Shown: positions 1 to 13,226, counted from the whole stretch's first letter. The stretch is 63,232 bases of DNA, filler included, from Sluysia triapertura (GCA_046118255.1; 5 parts of 5 records of this genome joined end to end with filler, not necessarily neighbours in it), one strand, 5' to 3'. Notes: generated from the sequence alone by a model not told the origin. Translations and numbers: made by a program.

Positions 1-3000
1 TAGTTTGTGTATATTTGGAGTGTTTTTATGTGATGAATTCCCTACAATAGTAATAATTATTATTTTAATAAAAATGATTTTATTACTAATATCGTTATGC
101 AATAATTTTAATAATAATAATAGTATAATATCAAATGTAACACTGATAATAATAGTTTTAATTATAGTTATAATCAAAATAGTATTATACTATATAAATA
201 ATTAGTAATAATAAATAATAATGATAATATTCATAATAATGTATTAAATATAAACAATTAAATGTATTTATGAATCTAAAAATAGTTTTATTTGATTCAC
301 AATTAAATGAATGATATATATATCTAAAAATAAACTATTTTAGTTAACCTAATTATCTAAAAATAGTATAATAAAATCTACTTAATATTTGATTCAACAT
401 AAATAGTTAACCTAATTATTTAATTGGTATTATTATTATTTTGTTATTATTATTGTTATCTTTATTTATTTTTTATTAAAATCATTATTAATATTATATT
501 CAAAATATTTTTCTTTGAATAATCTAATTCTATTTACAAAATGTCGGTCAAGGCCGATAACAAAACTATAAATAGAGACCAATTTGACACAACACTCACA
601 AAAATTTTGTTTATAAATCTTCCATACACAAATTTTATTTATAAATCTTGGTTACAATCTTCGACATTATATTGGACGCATTGATTTTTTGATTCTGTGG
701 AAATACCGAATTTTCAATTTTGTAACTTTTATAGTTAGTTTGATTCTTTTATTTCAATTTTAAATGATCGCAAACTGCATACTTAATTTTATCTTAATTA
801 TTTTTTCTCAACCCCCTTTTTAAGATGGAGGTAATACGTTGTAAAAAATAAAATCATTATACAAGATTATATTATAATCTTATTAAATTGACTATTTTAT
901 TTATATATTTCATTGTGTACAAATTTACATTTTATAAATTTTTTGATTAATATACTTTCGAATTTTAATTGATTTTTATTTACTATCTGTCATAAAGCCG
1001 CCAATTTTATTCGGTCGAAAACTCTACTTAAATTTTATAAAAGAAAGATTGGAAGTTAAGGAACACCGTTTTTGAAACACGGTTGTAAAATCCACTTAAA
1101 ATATTATTTGAATTTATTTTGACAGCTAAAATTGTAAACGTCTTTTGTTACAAAAAGCCTAAACTAACATTAAATAAAACTTACCAGCTTTGCCCAAAAG
1201 ATTTTAACTAACGTTTGATAATTTTAAAGAGCCGATACTAACATTACATCGTAGCTTTGCAAAAAAAGTACAATCGACTTAATATAAACTTGCTATACCT
1301 ACATATAAGTTCTTCTAAAATACTGCTTACAACTTAGCCCTTAAGTGAGTAAATCTAAGATTGTAAGGAACTTACAGCAGAGCATAAATTTAAATTAACT
1401 TTAAAGTATTAAAACTTTTCCTACAATAATATCAATAACAATGATCACGATAATGTATATTAATAATGATGTAATGATAATATTTATAATATCAACAATA
1501 ATATAATAATAATGAGTGATAATAATATAATGACAATGCTGACACAACAAAATATAAACTATCTATTACTACACATATTTAAATAACTATTTAAAATATA
1601 AACATTTATTTATTAATTATCTTTAGAAGTAAATTTATCCATTTAATGTTCACAATGGACTTGGTTATTAATTTAATATTTTAAAATGTATGTTAAACCA
1701 GTAATAAGGGAATATTAAAACTGATAAATTATGTTCATCATTATTTTTTCTACATTCTATGTGCCTAAAATTTTACTTGACAATATTACTTCAAAATAAA
1801 AATAAATTTTTGGTTCTTATAGTGACTTATAGATTTATATAAGTTTTAGTGAACAATAAATAATAATGATAATATTGATAATAATAATTGTAATGCTAAT
1901 ACATAAATAATAGTGGTCATAATAATATTAATATATAAAAATAATAATAGTAATACTGCTAACAATATATGAAGTAATAATGATAATCAATGACAATAAT
2001 ATGAATAATAATGATAATCAATGACAATAATATGAATAATAATGCTAATGGTGATAATTTTAATATTAATAATTTCATATAATAAATATAAAAAGATATT
2101 AAAATTAATGTAAATAAATTCATTTAGAAAAATATTAAAAAATTTAATAATAATTAAAAAATTTTAATTATTTTAAAAATGTAATAATTTTGTAGCCATA
2201 AAGAAATTTTTCTCAGAATAGTCAAATATTCATTTATTTATTTCCAATTTTCTAATTGGGCCTCATAAAAATATTTATAAAATTCCAACGTTATTAAAAT
2301 TATAAATTAATAAATGTATATTAAAATCAATAAACTCAGATGTCAAAAATGATTGTTTCTCATCACTTTTTGAATCGACTGAAGATTAATTTTGATATTA
2401 GCTTGCATTGTTATACAGGACACATTAATTAAGCAATTCAAGAAATTCTGAAGAAAATTGACCATTCTCAACAATAATATCCGTACATAGTTGACAGTGT
2501 CAAATTCTTGCTGTTCGAGATGTTTCGGAGGTGTTCATAAACATGTAAATCGATTAAAATAAATCAATGTAAACTAATAAATAAAAAAATTTCACAAAAT
2601 AATGTCAAAATGGGTAATTAACTAATCCTTTTATTAAAGTAAATAGTTATTCTATTACTAAAGTTAATAAACGATTATATGTGTAACGGTGATAATAATA
2701 ATCAAAACAATATTTATTACAATAATAATAATATTTATTACAAAAAATTAAAATCTTTCATTATCAGCTTTTCCATGTAATTATCAACAAATAACAATAA
2801 TAACCAGATAAATCAAAATAATAAATCATGGAAAGGAAGTATCGTGATGTGTATCAAAAACAAAAAACCCACTATTAGAGTTAGTAACAACTTTTGGATT
2901 TTCATCAGTGACTCAAAATAAAATAAAAAGAATTAACAGAGGCACAACAAGAAACAATCAACAGCTCCAGTTTACAATTACCAGAATCGATTGACGTTAT

Positions 3001-4104
3001 GTAACACCTCAACAGAAATTCCAAACAGAATCCTTTTCGTAAAAGAAATTGAAACGTCTTTGAATATTTGTTTTATAGTAGATATTAACAATGTATATAT
3101 CCATTATTACTATAAGGGATATCATTTACATTCAGTAATCAAGGTTAGTGGATGTTTTATTTTTTCTTTTACAATGATTTTTATTAAGTATTCTGCCTTT
3201 ATCGCAACAATCTCTTCATTCTTAACGATATTAAACATTATAAGTCTTCAAAAGTAAATTAAAATTAAGTAACACATTCATAAAAAAAATAATCTCTTAT
3301 TAGATCTCTAATATTCATTATCGAAATAGCATACTTATAATTACATTACATATTTCCACTAAAAGTAGCAAGACGTATCTAATAGTTCATAATGTATTCG
3401 TTCACTAAGCCCAGAAAACATTTTTATCTTTAGGACAAACCTATTCAAGTTGTACTTGTCGTTGGACTTCACTGCGCTGATCAAGACGTAAGATCGTCGC
3501 TGCAGCAAACATTTTTGTTTGCGGCGCTCTTGACGAAAAAACTGGTAGGGCATTCGGCATAGTTCCATGAATTCCTATGATCCAGTTTGAGAAGACTAAA
3601 GAGTAAGAATAGCATGTTGTCAATTGATCAGCACACATTGAAGTTCAAAGTATGCAGTACACTTAGTTTAGGTTTCAAATGTGATATCTTGATAAGCATT
3701 CAGATTCCTTTTCGACTATGATTAGTGACTAAGAATCCTTTGCTACTTTTAGCGCAGATCTTTTCTGCCCACAAAGTATTCAATATAATTTAAAATCAAT
3801 CTTTTAAAATTACTATTATTATTATAAAATATAAGTTTCTTTCATATTTTTAATTTGAATCATCAAACCTAAATTATTATAAATTGTCCTTCTTAATAAA
3901 TCATACTTTAAAATCATTCATTTTGTAGCATCAATTCCTCGTACATTCACCAAACACTAGTTATTTAAATAAAAATTACTTAAATTACAATTATTATTGA
4001 GAAACATTTATCACTTGGTCTTATCTGTATTTCTTCGGTAGTTTCTTTCTTTATTAAGAAGAGTACAAATAAGACCATATTTTTTCTTTAATTCAATAAA
4101 AATT

Positions 4105-4555
4105 TTATGATTTTATTTTATATCCTGAACACTATCATGCTCTTTTTCATGTATATTTTGCTGAAACAATCCTTTTAGTACTCTTCTCAATGCAATCTTT
4201 GTCCTGAATGTTTAAATCTGCTTAATATTTGTTTATCAGCTTCCAAATCAGTTAACCCATATAAATTATTTTTGTTTATTTCTAAAACTATTAGATCATT
4301 ATCGAGTCCATATCCTACCATTATCTTTCATTTCAATAATAATCCTACATAAATAATAACGGCTTGTTCATCTATTTGATTAATTAAATCCTTTTCAGTA
4401 AAATGTGTAATTCTTGTAATATAATCTGTTACATAATTTCCAGGTGTAATTTTAGCAGCAAATATTTCTTTTTCTTCACAATTTAACATTACTACACTTG
4501 CCAATCCTAACTTTTTATACTCTACTTGGACAAATTCAGCATCTAAAAATATCAA
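4105..4555 (-). pseudogene. DEDDh 3'-5' exonuclease, REX4/ISG20/AEN-like, disrupted
   Basis: Manual translation shows ExoI IFLDAEFV, then VTDYITRIT, an in-frame TGA at 4330-4328, and ExoII KIMVGYGLDNDLIVL. After a frameshift near 4200 it reads KIALRRVLKGLFQQNIHEKEHDSVQD (ExoIII HxxxxD). Motif order matches REX4/ISG20-type nucleases. Confidence 0.8.
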
Positions 4556-4589
4556 TCGATCTTTAATATTTTAAAAACCTAATAAAAAT

Positions 4590-4870
4590 TCATGCTGCAT
4601 AAAAATTAATAGGCAAAATTTTTAAATATTCCTGTAATGTAGGTTGTTTAATTATTGATGTGTGACTATGATGTGCACACCACTTAATAGACCTTTTCCT
4701 TGTCACTGAACACACTTTTGCTTGACTATAAATTAATCCTCTCTCCTGATATATGTGACACGTTTGATCATAAAGCTTAATAAATGTATTTGGATAAGTT
4801 TCACGACATTCTTCAGCATCCATTAGTGAAAATCTTTCTCCTAATGTAGCATTTTCACAATCGTATTGTT
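4590..4870 (-). pseudogene. degenerate double CCHC zinc-knuckle-like segment directly upstream of the exonuclease
   Basis: CHIYQERGLIYSQA...IKWCAHHSHTS resembles two CxxCxxxGHxxxxC knuckles with several ligands mutated. Same strand as, and adjacent to, the DEDDh remnant. Confidence 0.35.
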
Positions 4871-5323
4871 GCGTCTTTAAAATTTATTAGTTATTACAAC
4901 CCAATATTATTATCTTGAATAACTTAAGAGAATCTTACCAATTTCAATATTCAGTATATCAATTATAATTTTGCAGTAATCTCCTTTTATAATATTCATA
5001 ACTATTATCCCAAATATAAGTTCTTGAAAATCAAATCAATACTAAGTCAATAATATACTATTAAATAAAAATCGAAATAGAATTTATTATTATTCCACTG
5101 AATAAAACTAAAAAGAATCAATATGACACAAATAACAATATCGCTTATAATAAGATCAAGAATATTACAATCTAATTAAAACAAAACAACCAGGAGTGAT
5201 GCAACGGACACTAACAATATCAAGGTCTAGAAAATTAATAGTAATTTTGTTATTTAAATACTTTTGGTTAACATAACAAAGAATAATGAAATTCCTTGAT
5301 AATAATACCTTTCTATTAAAAAC

Positions 5324-5868
5324 TTATATGGGGGATTTCTCCATACCATAATTTGAGTAGTAATACTCTTGACACCAATTTGAAGATGATTTAGGTTTGG
5401 AGGGCATATATTTGTTATGTAAATTTAAATTTAAGACTAGTTTGACAAGTTTATTTTTATCTAAGAATTTAATAAAAGTTTTTTCATGATTATTTGGATG
5501 GAATTTTAAAAGATGGCCTATTACACCGTAATTAATTCCTGTCATTACATTAATAAGTTGACTTATGTATATAGCTTTATTATATATCGACATTCTTTGC
5601 TCATAGTTTTTACTATGTTCAAACTTATTTCTCTTATAAATTTTATATAAATTTCGAGCTTGATTGCTCTATTAGATTTATGTGTACATAATTCAACACA
5701 AGATACAAGGTATATTTTACGTTTGAAAAGACAAATTGAAAATATACAATTATTAACATAAAATTTTATTACATCAATGTGTTTTGTAAAAATAACAATT
5801 AATTTGTTTGACGTGGAAGTCAGTATCATCCTTCCAACTTCTTTATACTGAACCCCATTTTTCCACAA
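5324..5868 (-). pseudogene. overlapping ORF pair of unknown function, probably a frameshifted gene or TE fragment
   Basis: Two overlapping ORFs (101 and 89 aa) of normal complexity on the same strand, with no recognisable motif. Confidence 0.25.
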
Positions 5869-6351
5869 ATTTTCTTGTTGCTTTTCATTGATCCGGTTAA
5901 ATCGTTTGATGAAAGGTTATTTTTTACGTTAATGATATCATTTTATTATGAGTGCTAAAATATTTTCCACATCAATATTTCACTCAAAATAATTTTAAGT
6001 CACGCCAATTGTTACACCTGGCTTAATTATTTTCTAAAATCAAAACAAATAAAGATATATTTCTTTATTTTAAATTGTATACATTTTACTTTGTTTTTAT
6101 TATATTTGTTTATTATTCCTGTTTTGTAAAATTATCATTTATTTAATAAAATTTCGCCTTTTGAATACTTTTCATTTTTTAAGCTAAAAAAGAGAAGTGA
6201 ATTATAATCTTTTGTTAAGTTAAAGAATTATATTGATAACGTATGGAATTTAAAAGAAATCAATTAGAGGGAAATTACATTGATAAAGTAAAAATTTAAA
6301 GAGAAATCTAATAGATAAATCGAATTAAATTGCCAAAGCGATTAAGGTAAA

Positions 6352-6580
6352 ATAAAAATTAAAGAATTCTAGAGCTCAGTTAATTTTGTAAAATTCAGAT
6401 TAAATAGCGTTGATTGTAAGGAAATTAGTGATTTTCCGTTTGATTTTTAATAATGCTTTAAATTATTTTTAGTAACGTATCTGTAATTGCGTCCTCGTTC
6501 AGACATAAATCGCAATATACAGACGGACCCATATTATTAAAATTTTTATAATTGTTGATTTTTTGATAAGAAATCGAACA
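6352..6580 (+). repeat. ~230-bp dispersed repeat, copy 1 (inverted copy at 49634-49865)
   Basis: TCTGTAATTGCGTCCTCGTTCAGACATAAATCGCAATATACAGACGGACCC is the near-exact reverse complement of GGGTCCGTTTGTATATTGCGATTTATGTCTGGACGAGGACGCAATTACAGA at ~49685. Similarity extends collinearly on both sides. Confidence 0.9.
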
Positions 6581-7936
6581 AAAGCATGATTTTAAAAGAC
6601 AGCCATTAATTGAGCAGCGTGTGAATTTAATAAAATCTACTTGGAATTTCGGGATCGATGCTTTTAGTAATCATCAGCAATTATTTATATCATTTAACCA
6701 ACGAGTTAACCTTAATGCCAATGAAATCCTGAGAGTAAATCAAGTTTTGAAATTATATTAACATTTATACTAAATGAGCATTTTATCTATGCTGAATTAT
6801 TAAATCTATACTTATATATGATGCCGAAAATGGAACTAATCATAACTTACTGGAATCAGAAGGTGAAATAAATCATACTAAAACCATGAATGAATTAGTT
6901 AATAAAGTTAGGTTCACGCAGTAATCTTACCTGTTGCATGCTAAGATCTCCATGTGGTATTTTCAGTTCTGCAGTGAAAAGAGCAGTTCCTATAAAACAT
7001 AATTTAAGGTCTAAAGTTTTACAATATTATTTGGCTGCTCAAAATTATGATCGTCATCCTGAACGATAAAACTTATAATTATGCAGCAAGATTTGTTAAT
7101 TCTAGATTACTCTGTTTCTCTGATTATTTGTCTCTGCTTAAATCCCTTCTCTCATTTTTTTTGTAAATAAAATATATCAATTATTGTCTTATTTTAATAA
7201 TTTAAAATTTATATTAATGTTTAAAACGATTAAATTAAATAGTAATTTAACAATTAATGAAGTCTCTTTCGTAAATTTTAACATAAATAACAAGCCAAAG
7301 TAAAAATAAAACACAAAATTAAATTGTAGAAATAACACGAAAGTCAAAGATGATTGGTACTGTCGGTGATAAGGGTAAGAACAGCTATGTCCAAAAATAG
7401 AATTAATTAATTAATAGAATAATTAATTATTGCAATTTTAATATAGTAAATTTTATTGTGAATTTTTATGTTCTGTGATTTTATAATTTGTAATTTGTAT
7501 TGAAAGTGTTTCATGTGTAAATTGAGTATAATTTTGGGTATGATTTTGTATGAATTCATGTGTGAAAGTGGTAACAAAACTATCGTGTGATTGAGACACC
7601 TACAATCTAGATATTAGCATTAATGCTATTCTGACTTATGTTCTTATTCATGCCACTGTTACTTTTACAATTCGTTGTTTCGAAGCATTACAGGTACGAA
7701 AACCACCTCTTTTATTGTGCCGAGTCACTTATTGATAATGAAGTTAATATTTTATGTAGCTAAATATCCTTGAGCTTCTAACATCAGTTGAAACAATACT
7801 TTGATAAATGCGCCGCTCACTCAAAATCATTTAATGTATGTAAATGTTAGCTTGCCTTAAATATAATGACTCCCTAACATAATCTATTTATTTTGGTTTG
7901 ACTGAGCAATCGAAATTATCACAGCGAGTTGCTTAA

Positions 7937-8008
7937 CACATTATGAGCGGGGCAGGTATTAGTACCCGTTTTATGTACTGTCACTTAAGAATACCCGCTC
8001 ATAATGTG
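7937..8008. mobile_element. 72-bp piggyBac-type MITE
   Basis: Perfect 15-bp TIR CACATTATGAGCGGG / CCCGCTCATAATGTG, flanked by TTAA on both sides (7933-7936 and 8009-8012). Confidence 0.8.
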
Positions 8009-8080
8009 TTAATTATAACTGCAGACGTAAAAACATAATAAATTAAAACATACAATATAAAATAATGTATTTAAAAATAT

Positions 8081-10278
8081 TTAATCTTTTAAATTAATCA
8101 ATGATTCATACAAATTAATAATATCATTACGATATTTATCATCAACCACATAAAACTTTGTTATAAGTGATTTAAAAACATCAGCAGATTTGGTAGCAAC
8201 ATACTGCAATTCTATTAAACTAGAACCAGTGAATTTCTGGAATATTTTTACATCAGATTGTAAATTTAAACTGGTTAACCATTTCATTACATCATCATTG
8301 GACCATTTCATCAATTTTCTTTCGCGATCATGAGCCAATAAATCTTGAGTTTTGCTTTTCAAAACAATTTTCAAATGTTTTACTAACAATTCACTACTAT
8401 CATTAAATTTATTAATATCGGAAAAATTAATGGTTTTATCGCAATAATTTCGTATTTCTTCAAATTGTGTAAGCTTCATTTTTTGATTTAGTATTAACAA
8501 AGTTATAGTTTTGCCTAATAAATAACCAAATTTATATAAACCCATACACAAATCATTGCTTATAAATCCATCCGATAATAATAATAATATAGATTTGGCT
8601 GATAAAAATTGATCAATTGTATTATTTAATAATTGAGTTTTTATACCATATTTGATAATTTGTTGATTTATTTTCATACCAAGGGGTTTATCTCTTGGTG
8701 AGACGCATACAAAAACGATGTCTTGTTGGCAATTTGAAATTTTATCAAAAGGAAAACAGAACTTTGATAAATTTCCATTTTCATATAATTTTAAACGACT
8801 GATTTTATTAATTTGCTTAACTAAATCATCAATATTATTCATTACATGATCCGAAGTTACAAAATTATATATTGTTAAACAGCTGTCCAAAACTTTCAAC
8901 CAATTTTTCGGTTTAAATTTCGAATCAATTAAACAAGCTTTAATTGGTATACGATATTTTATAGCTATTTCAAATTCAAAAACACATTTAATATCTTTTT
9001 CATAATCACTGGATAATAAAATCAAAAAACAAAATGATTTCTGTAAAGCATTTACAATTTTTTCCACTATATTTGCTTTCATATCAAAGCCTTTTTTCAA
9101 TAGAAATTTTCTATTTAATATATTAATAATTTTATCACATTTATTATGATCAGCTTCAATATAACTAATATATAGATATTTTTTCATTGGTACTTGATCC
9201 GATGATAAAGTATTATTTGGTGATTTAATATCAGAATTTAATTTAGTTACAATTGAATCGCAAATATTTCTGGTTTTATTTAATTTTTTCACATTACTTA
9301 TAAATTCTTCATCTTGTTTCAAAATATTTTTTATATCAATTTCTTCCAAGAGTAAATCACAAATTGATAAAAAAATTCGTATTTCTGATTCTTTATAGGA
9401 TAATTTTTCCAAATTAATCGAATTTATAAATATTTTTAAATTTTTGTTATTAAAAAGTTGTGGTATTATATTTGGAAATTTTATCAATTTAAAAATACTA
9501 TGTAATAATTCAATAAAATGAAAATATTCATTACAATGATCAATATTATTACCTGCATTAAATGTATGATCGAGTAATAATTCAAATATTTCTTTTTCTT
9601 GAATCAAAAATGAAATTTCTTTCTCTTTACTTATATCAGAATATAATATAAGTGAAGCCAATTTAAGATCTTTATCATTTGTTTGTTGAAATATTTTTGG
9701 TAAGTGATTCACTAAAAACTTTACATCAAATTTTAATTTAAAATTTTTTAGTAAATTAATAAAAATACATATAGAAGCAATTTGTACATCAATGACTTTT
9801 ATATCACTAAAATTGGTAAGTTTTTCTAATTTCTTTAGCATCACTTTTACTATTTGTTCGTATTCTGTATTAAATATATCACTAAAATGTTCTGTATATT
9901 CCCACAAAAATCCATAAGCGTTATAAACAGCCATCCAAATTTTATCATTTTTAAAATAATCCAAATCTTCAAATAATTGAAAATATTGAGCTAATATAAT
10001 CATAAAATCATATTTTAATAACACTTCATGATATTCCGTTAATTTGTCTTCAAATTCCAGAAAACCTTGATTTAATAATTGAAAACATTGTGATGTTTCT
10101 TCTAATGAACCGTTTTTCTGTTTTTTTAAATATTTAATGATATGTTTCATCGATGCAACTTCTGGCTTACGATGATAATGACCATATTTGCTTAAACGAA
10201 TGTTAAATGAATCTGAAAATTAAACCAAGTCGATAAAATAAAATATATACAAAAAAACTTACGTCCAGTTTTAATCAT
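8081..10278 (-). CDS. helical/ARM-repeat - TIR - TIR - SAM domain protein, ~715 aa, 2 exons (10278-10263, 10212-8081)
   Basis: The 689-aa ORF extends in frame through a 50-nt GTAAGT..TTTTCAG intron (10262-10213) to an ATG at 10278 (MIKTGHSFNIRL...). TIR1 (~9184-8840): YLYISY...ALQKSFCFLILLSSDYEKDIKCVFEFEIA...FKPKNWL. TIR2 (~8725-8380): DIVFVCVS...AKSILLLLSDGFISNDLC. SAM (~8313-8090): KWSNDDVMKWLTSLNL...FTGSSLIEL. The N-terminal half is Leu/Ile-rich and helical. Confidence 0.88.
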
Positions 10279-10859
10279 ATTGAATTCAAATTTGTATATT
10301 TTATTTTTAACATTGCAATTGTACAATTACGATTTATTTCTTTTACAATAATTATAAGTGATTTTAATTGGTTCATAAACGGTGTGTCATAAATATATTC
10401 ATACGATATTAGTATACTGTTTCTAGGTAATAAAAACAATTTTAATTGTAACTAAGTTTTTATTACACTATGTTATAGAATTTAATATTTGTTGTATAAA
10501 GTTATAAATGATTTATTTTAGTGGTACGATATATATTCACAATGACATCTTCTGCTTCTGGGAAGAGTGAAACCTTGTAGGTACATCACTTATCCGGCAA
10601 TTTTTGATTAGATGTTAATAAATTTGAAATGAATTATATGCTGTTTTATTTTTTATACCTAAACGCAAAATAAAACATCCTTTTAAGGTTCAGATTACAA
10701 TCAACATCTTATAACGTTTAATATATATGTATATATTAGAGTTGGTTGAAAATAAAACTTTGTCATGGAACTCAGGAAAACTTTGCGTTTGATTGTGAAA
10801 TGAAAGAAAATCACAAAGAAATTATTTCTGGACACTTGTAAATGCCCCATTTTTAATTT

Positions 10860-11639
10860 AGAACATACTTGCTTTAATGGTATTGACAATCACTATCAAT
10901 ATTGTTTGCAATTATAAATAAAGCTATCTCTGGCCTCCAAAACATTTAAGCTTTTGAGGTATCTGTAACCAGTTTTATGCAACGTTCCACTCCTTGAGTG
11001 TGGTTCATGTAATTCAATGTGAGTGGCTCATTGCTGAATTTAGCAATATCAATACTTTTGCCAGATGAAGGCGTCACATGTGTCAGATAGCTACTACCTG
11101 GTTCTTCAACCAGAACATAATGATCTTCAACATTAGTGTCACCGTACCACTTGCCATTTATGTTTACTTTGACCAAAGTTGTGTCTCGTCTACCATCAAA
11201 GTAAATACATGTGATAGCTTTTGGTGACTGTCGCATATCACATTGCAAACCCTTTCTTTACTTCAGTCTCTCACGGTGTACTTTATTCTTGTCTATCACA
11301 AAGCTTTGATTCTGCTTGGTTATGAACCCAACATCGATAAGCACTGGTGTTGCTATGGATGCTGCAGCTGTCTGATATACCATATCTGTCTGCTTCTTTT
11401 GCAAAATTTGGAAGGAGTATTCACATCTGACTTTCAGCTACATCATCACTACTACCTGTTTTATCATCACTATCATGAAGTACCTCGTCATCGCTTTCCT
11501 CTACAACACTTTGATCACTTTGTTACTAGATTGTTCTTCACTAAGATTTAAGTTACTCTCAACATCTGAAAATTTTCTTGACATTTTACATCTCGTTTCT
11601 TCTTTAGTTTTCCGTTGTAAACGCTTCTGCAATCTGGTT
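10860..11639 (-). mobile_element. internally deleted DNA transposase remnant, hAT-related (hATm/hATw-like invertebrate type)
   Basis: Reads AKEADRYGISD/AAASIA...VIDKNKVHRER, IYFDGRRDTT, EDHYVLVEEPGSSYLTHVTPSSG, joined directly to C-terminal HTQGVERCIKLVT. Contains a stop and a frameshift and runs into an assembly gap. The subfamily label is tentative. Confidence 0.7.
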
Positions 11640-11739
11640 NNNNNNNNNNNNNNNNNNNNNNNNNNNNNNNNNNNNNNNNNNNNTTAATTAATTAANNNNN
11701 NNNNNNNNNNNNNNNNNNNNNNNNNNNNNNNNNNNNNNN
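11640..11739. other. 100-bp assembly gap with artificial TTAATTAATTAA linker
   Basis: N44-TTAATTAATTAA-N44. The same structure occurs at 23158-23257, 36745-36844 and 51226-51325, and there is a plain N gap at 34262-34430. Confidence 0.97.
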
Positions 11740-12025
11740 GAAACTATTTTTATATTTCTATTATGTTCCGTGTCATCTTTCGTTCTTTCACCTTTCTATA
11801 GTCTGTGTTTACTGAGAGAATATACGAGTGGAACTAGATAAACTATATTTTAAGGATATTTTCACACTTGAGGTACTTTTCTGTAGTAGGAAAAATGGTA
11901 TTTTCATAAAATATGACAAAAAATATCAACATTAGATATCTTCAATTTAATTTCAGTAGTAATTTGATCTGTATAATTTGACAAATTTCGTCATGAGATT
12001 CATTGTGCTGGATCAATATATACAC

Positions 12026-12138
12026 CAAGGTCGTAATAGGTGTACCGGCACATGGCCTAGACCTGAGGAGAACCCTTAGAGGGCCAAGGAATGAATGCAT
12101 GTGCTCACACCGAAAATTTATATATGCTGACGATATTA
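12026..12138 (+). repeat. short GC-richer dispersed repeat (MITE-like), related to 22880-23010
   Basis: Shared core CTTAGAG...GAATGAAT.ATGT.CTC.C.C.GAAAATTTAT.TAT.TGACGAT in both copies. Confidence 0.6.
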
Positions 12139-13223
12139 TTGTTTTCTAATTCATGAATTTGCTGTTTGGTTTTTATTTTGAATATGCATACTGTTTGTTA
12201 CAAATATAATTGTTAGATATATATACAAATATATATATATGAAACTCGGAAAGTAATAATCGAAATGTACACTCAAAATAATCAAAATGGATGATAATAT
12301 GACCAGAATTATAATATAGTATGAAAATGATAATTATGTAGAAGAAATTAGCTATGTCTAACAATCATTATACGTACATATTTGTTTATAGAGTAAAATT
12401 GGATACATATGGTGAAATTAAGTATTAACAATTCATATGTGAATAATTGATTATAGAATAGAATTGATATCAATGAAAAAATGATTTTCTTTGTTTATAA
12501 ATTTAGAATTAAAAAAGTAATTTGTGCCACCTATATTTGAGTGTGCTTGAATGAACTCTTTAAAAATTCTTTGCTTTATAATTCTTTGTGAATATATTAA
12601 TATATACTTTAAAATTATAAAGTTTTATCTTGGCAATATAAATGAAGTTTCGAGAAGCTAAATTATTAGTGTTGGTGAAAACTTCTTTAATAATACCTAC
12701 AAACTCTACATTAAGTTTACTTTAATTGAAGGTGTGAAATGCTTAACAAAATTCTTATCATTCTAAATTTTATTTATTCGAATTTCTGTAAGATTATTCG
12801 AAAAAAAAGAATTTGTCTAATTCGCTAAAAATATTTAATTCATTTTTAAACACCCTAATGCACTTATAAACACATTTAAACAGCATTCAATGATTGCTTT
12901 TAGTTATGAATGTTTTATACTGAATCAAGAATTCTACTCGAAAACATATCGAATATTTCATAAGTAAATGCAACATCCTGAAGGTAAATTATAGTTTAAA
13001 ATTAATAAAAATGTTGGTAAATTTAAAAATTACATTATTTGAGTCGAAAAACGAGTTTCCAGATAGAAAATACGATTTAAAAATAATTCAATAATAAATA
13101 GAAACATTGTGATAATTAAAATAATTTAAGTCAAGAATTATAAAACTAAATCAGAATACGTTTAATAAATCTATTTAAATTTAAGTAATTATGTATAAAA
13201 GCTGCATTACACAATTAAGCCTT

Positions 13224-13226
<3 letters not shown>

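Noticed and set aside
3430-3780. GC-richer island; plus frame IFVCGALDEKTGRAFGIVP...TMISD faintly recalls a Merlin/IS1595 transposase
   Set aside because: About seven stops in ~95 codons and the motif spacing is wrong; it cannot be supported without a profile search.
4328-4330. Stop-codon reassignment or selenocysteine explaining in-frame stops
   Set aside because: The 689-codon ORF has no internal stops, this TGA aligns with an expected Gly (GGA>TGA), and the same gene also carries a frameshift.
11243-11687. Plus-strand ORFs (likewise 50473-50870 +)
   Set aside because: They are antisense to the transposase remnant and to the Ly6 exon, respectively.
11684-11695. TTAATTAATTAA recurring four times
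   Set aside because: It is always centred in a 100-bp N gap, so it is an artificial all-frame stop linker.
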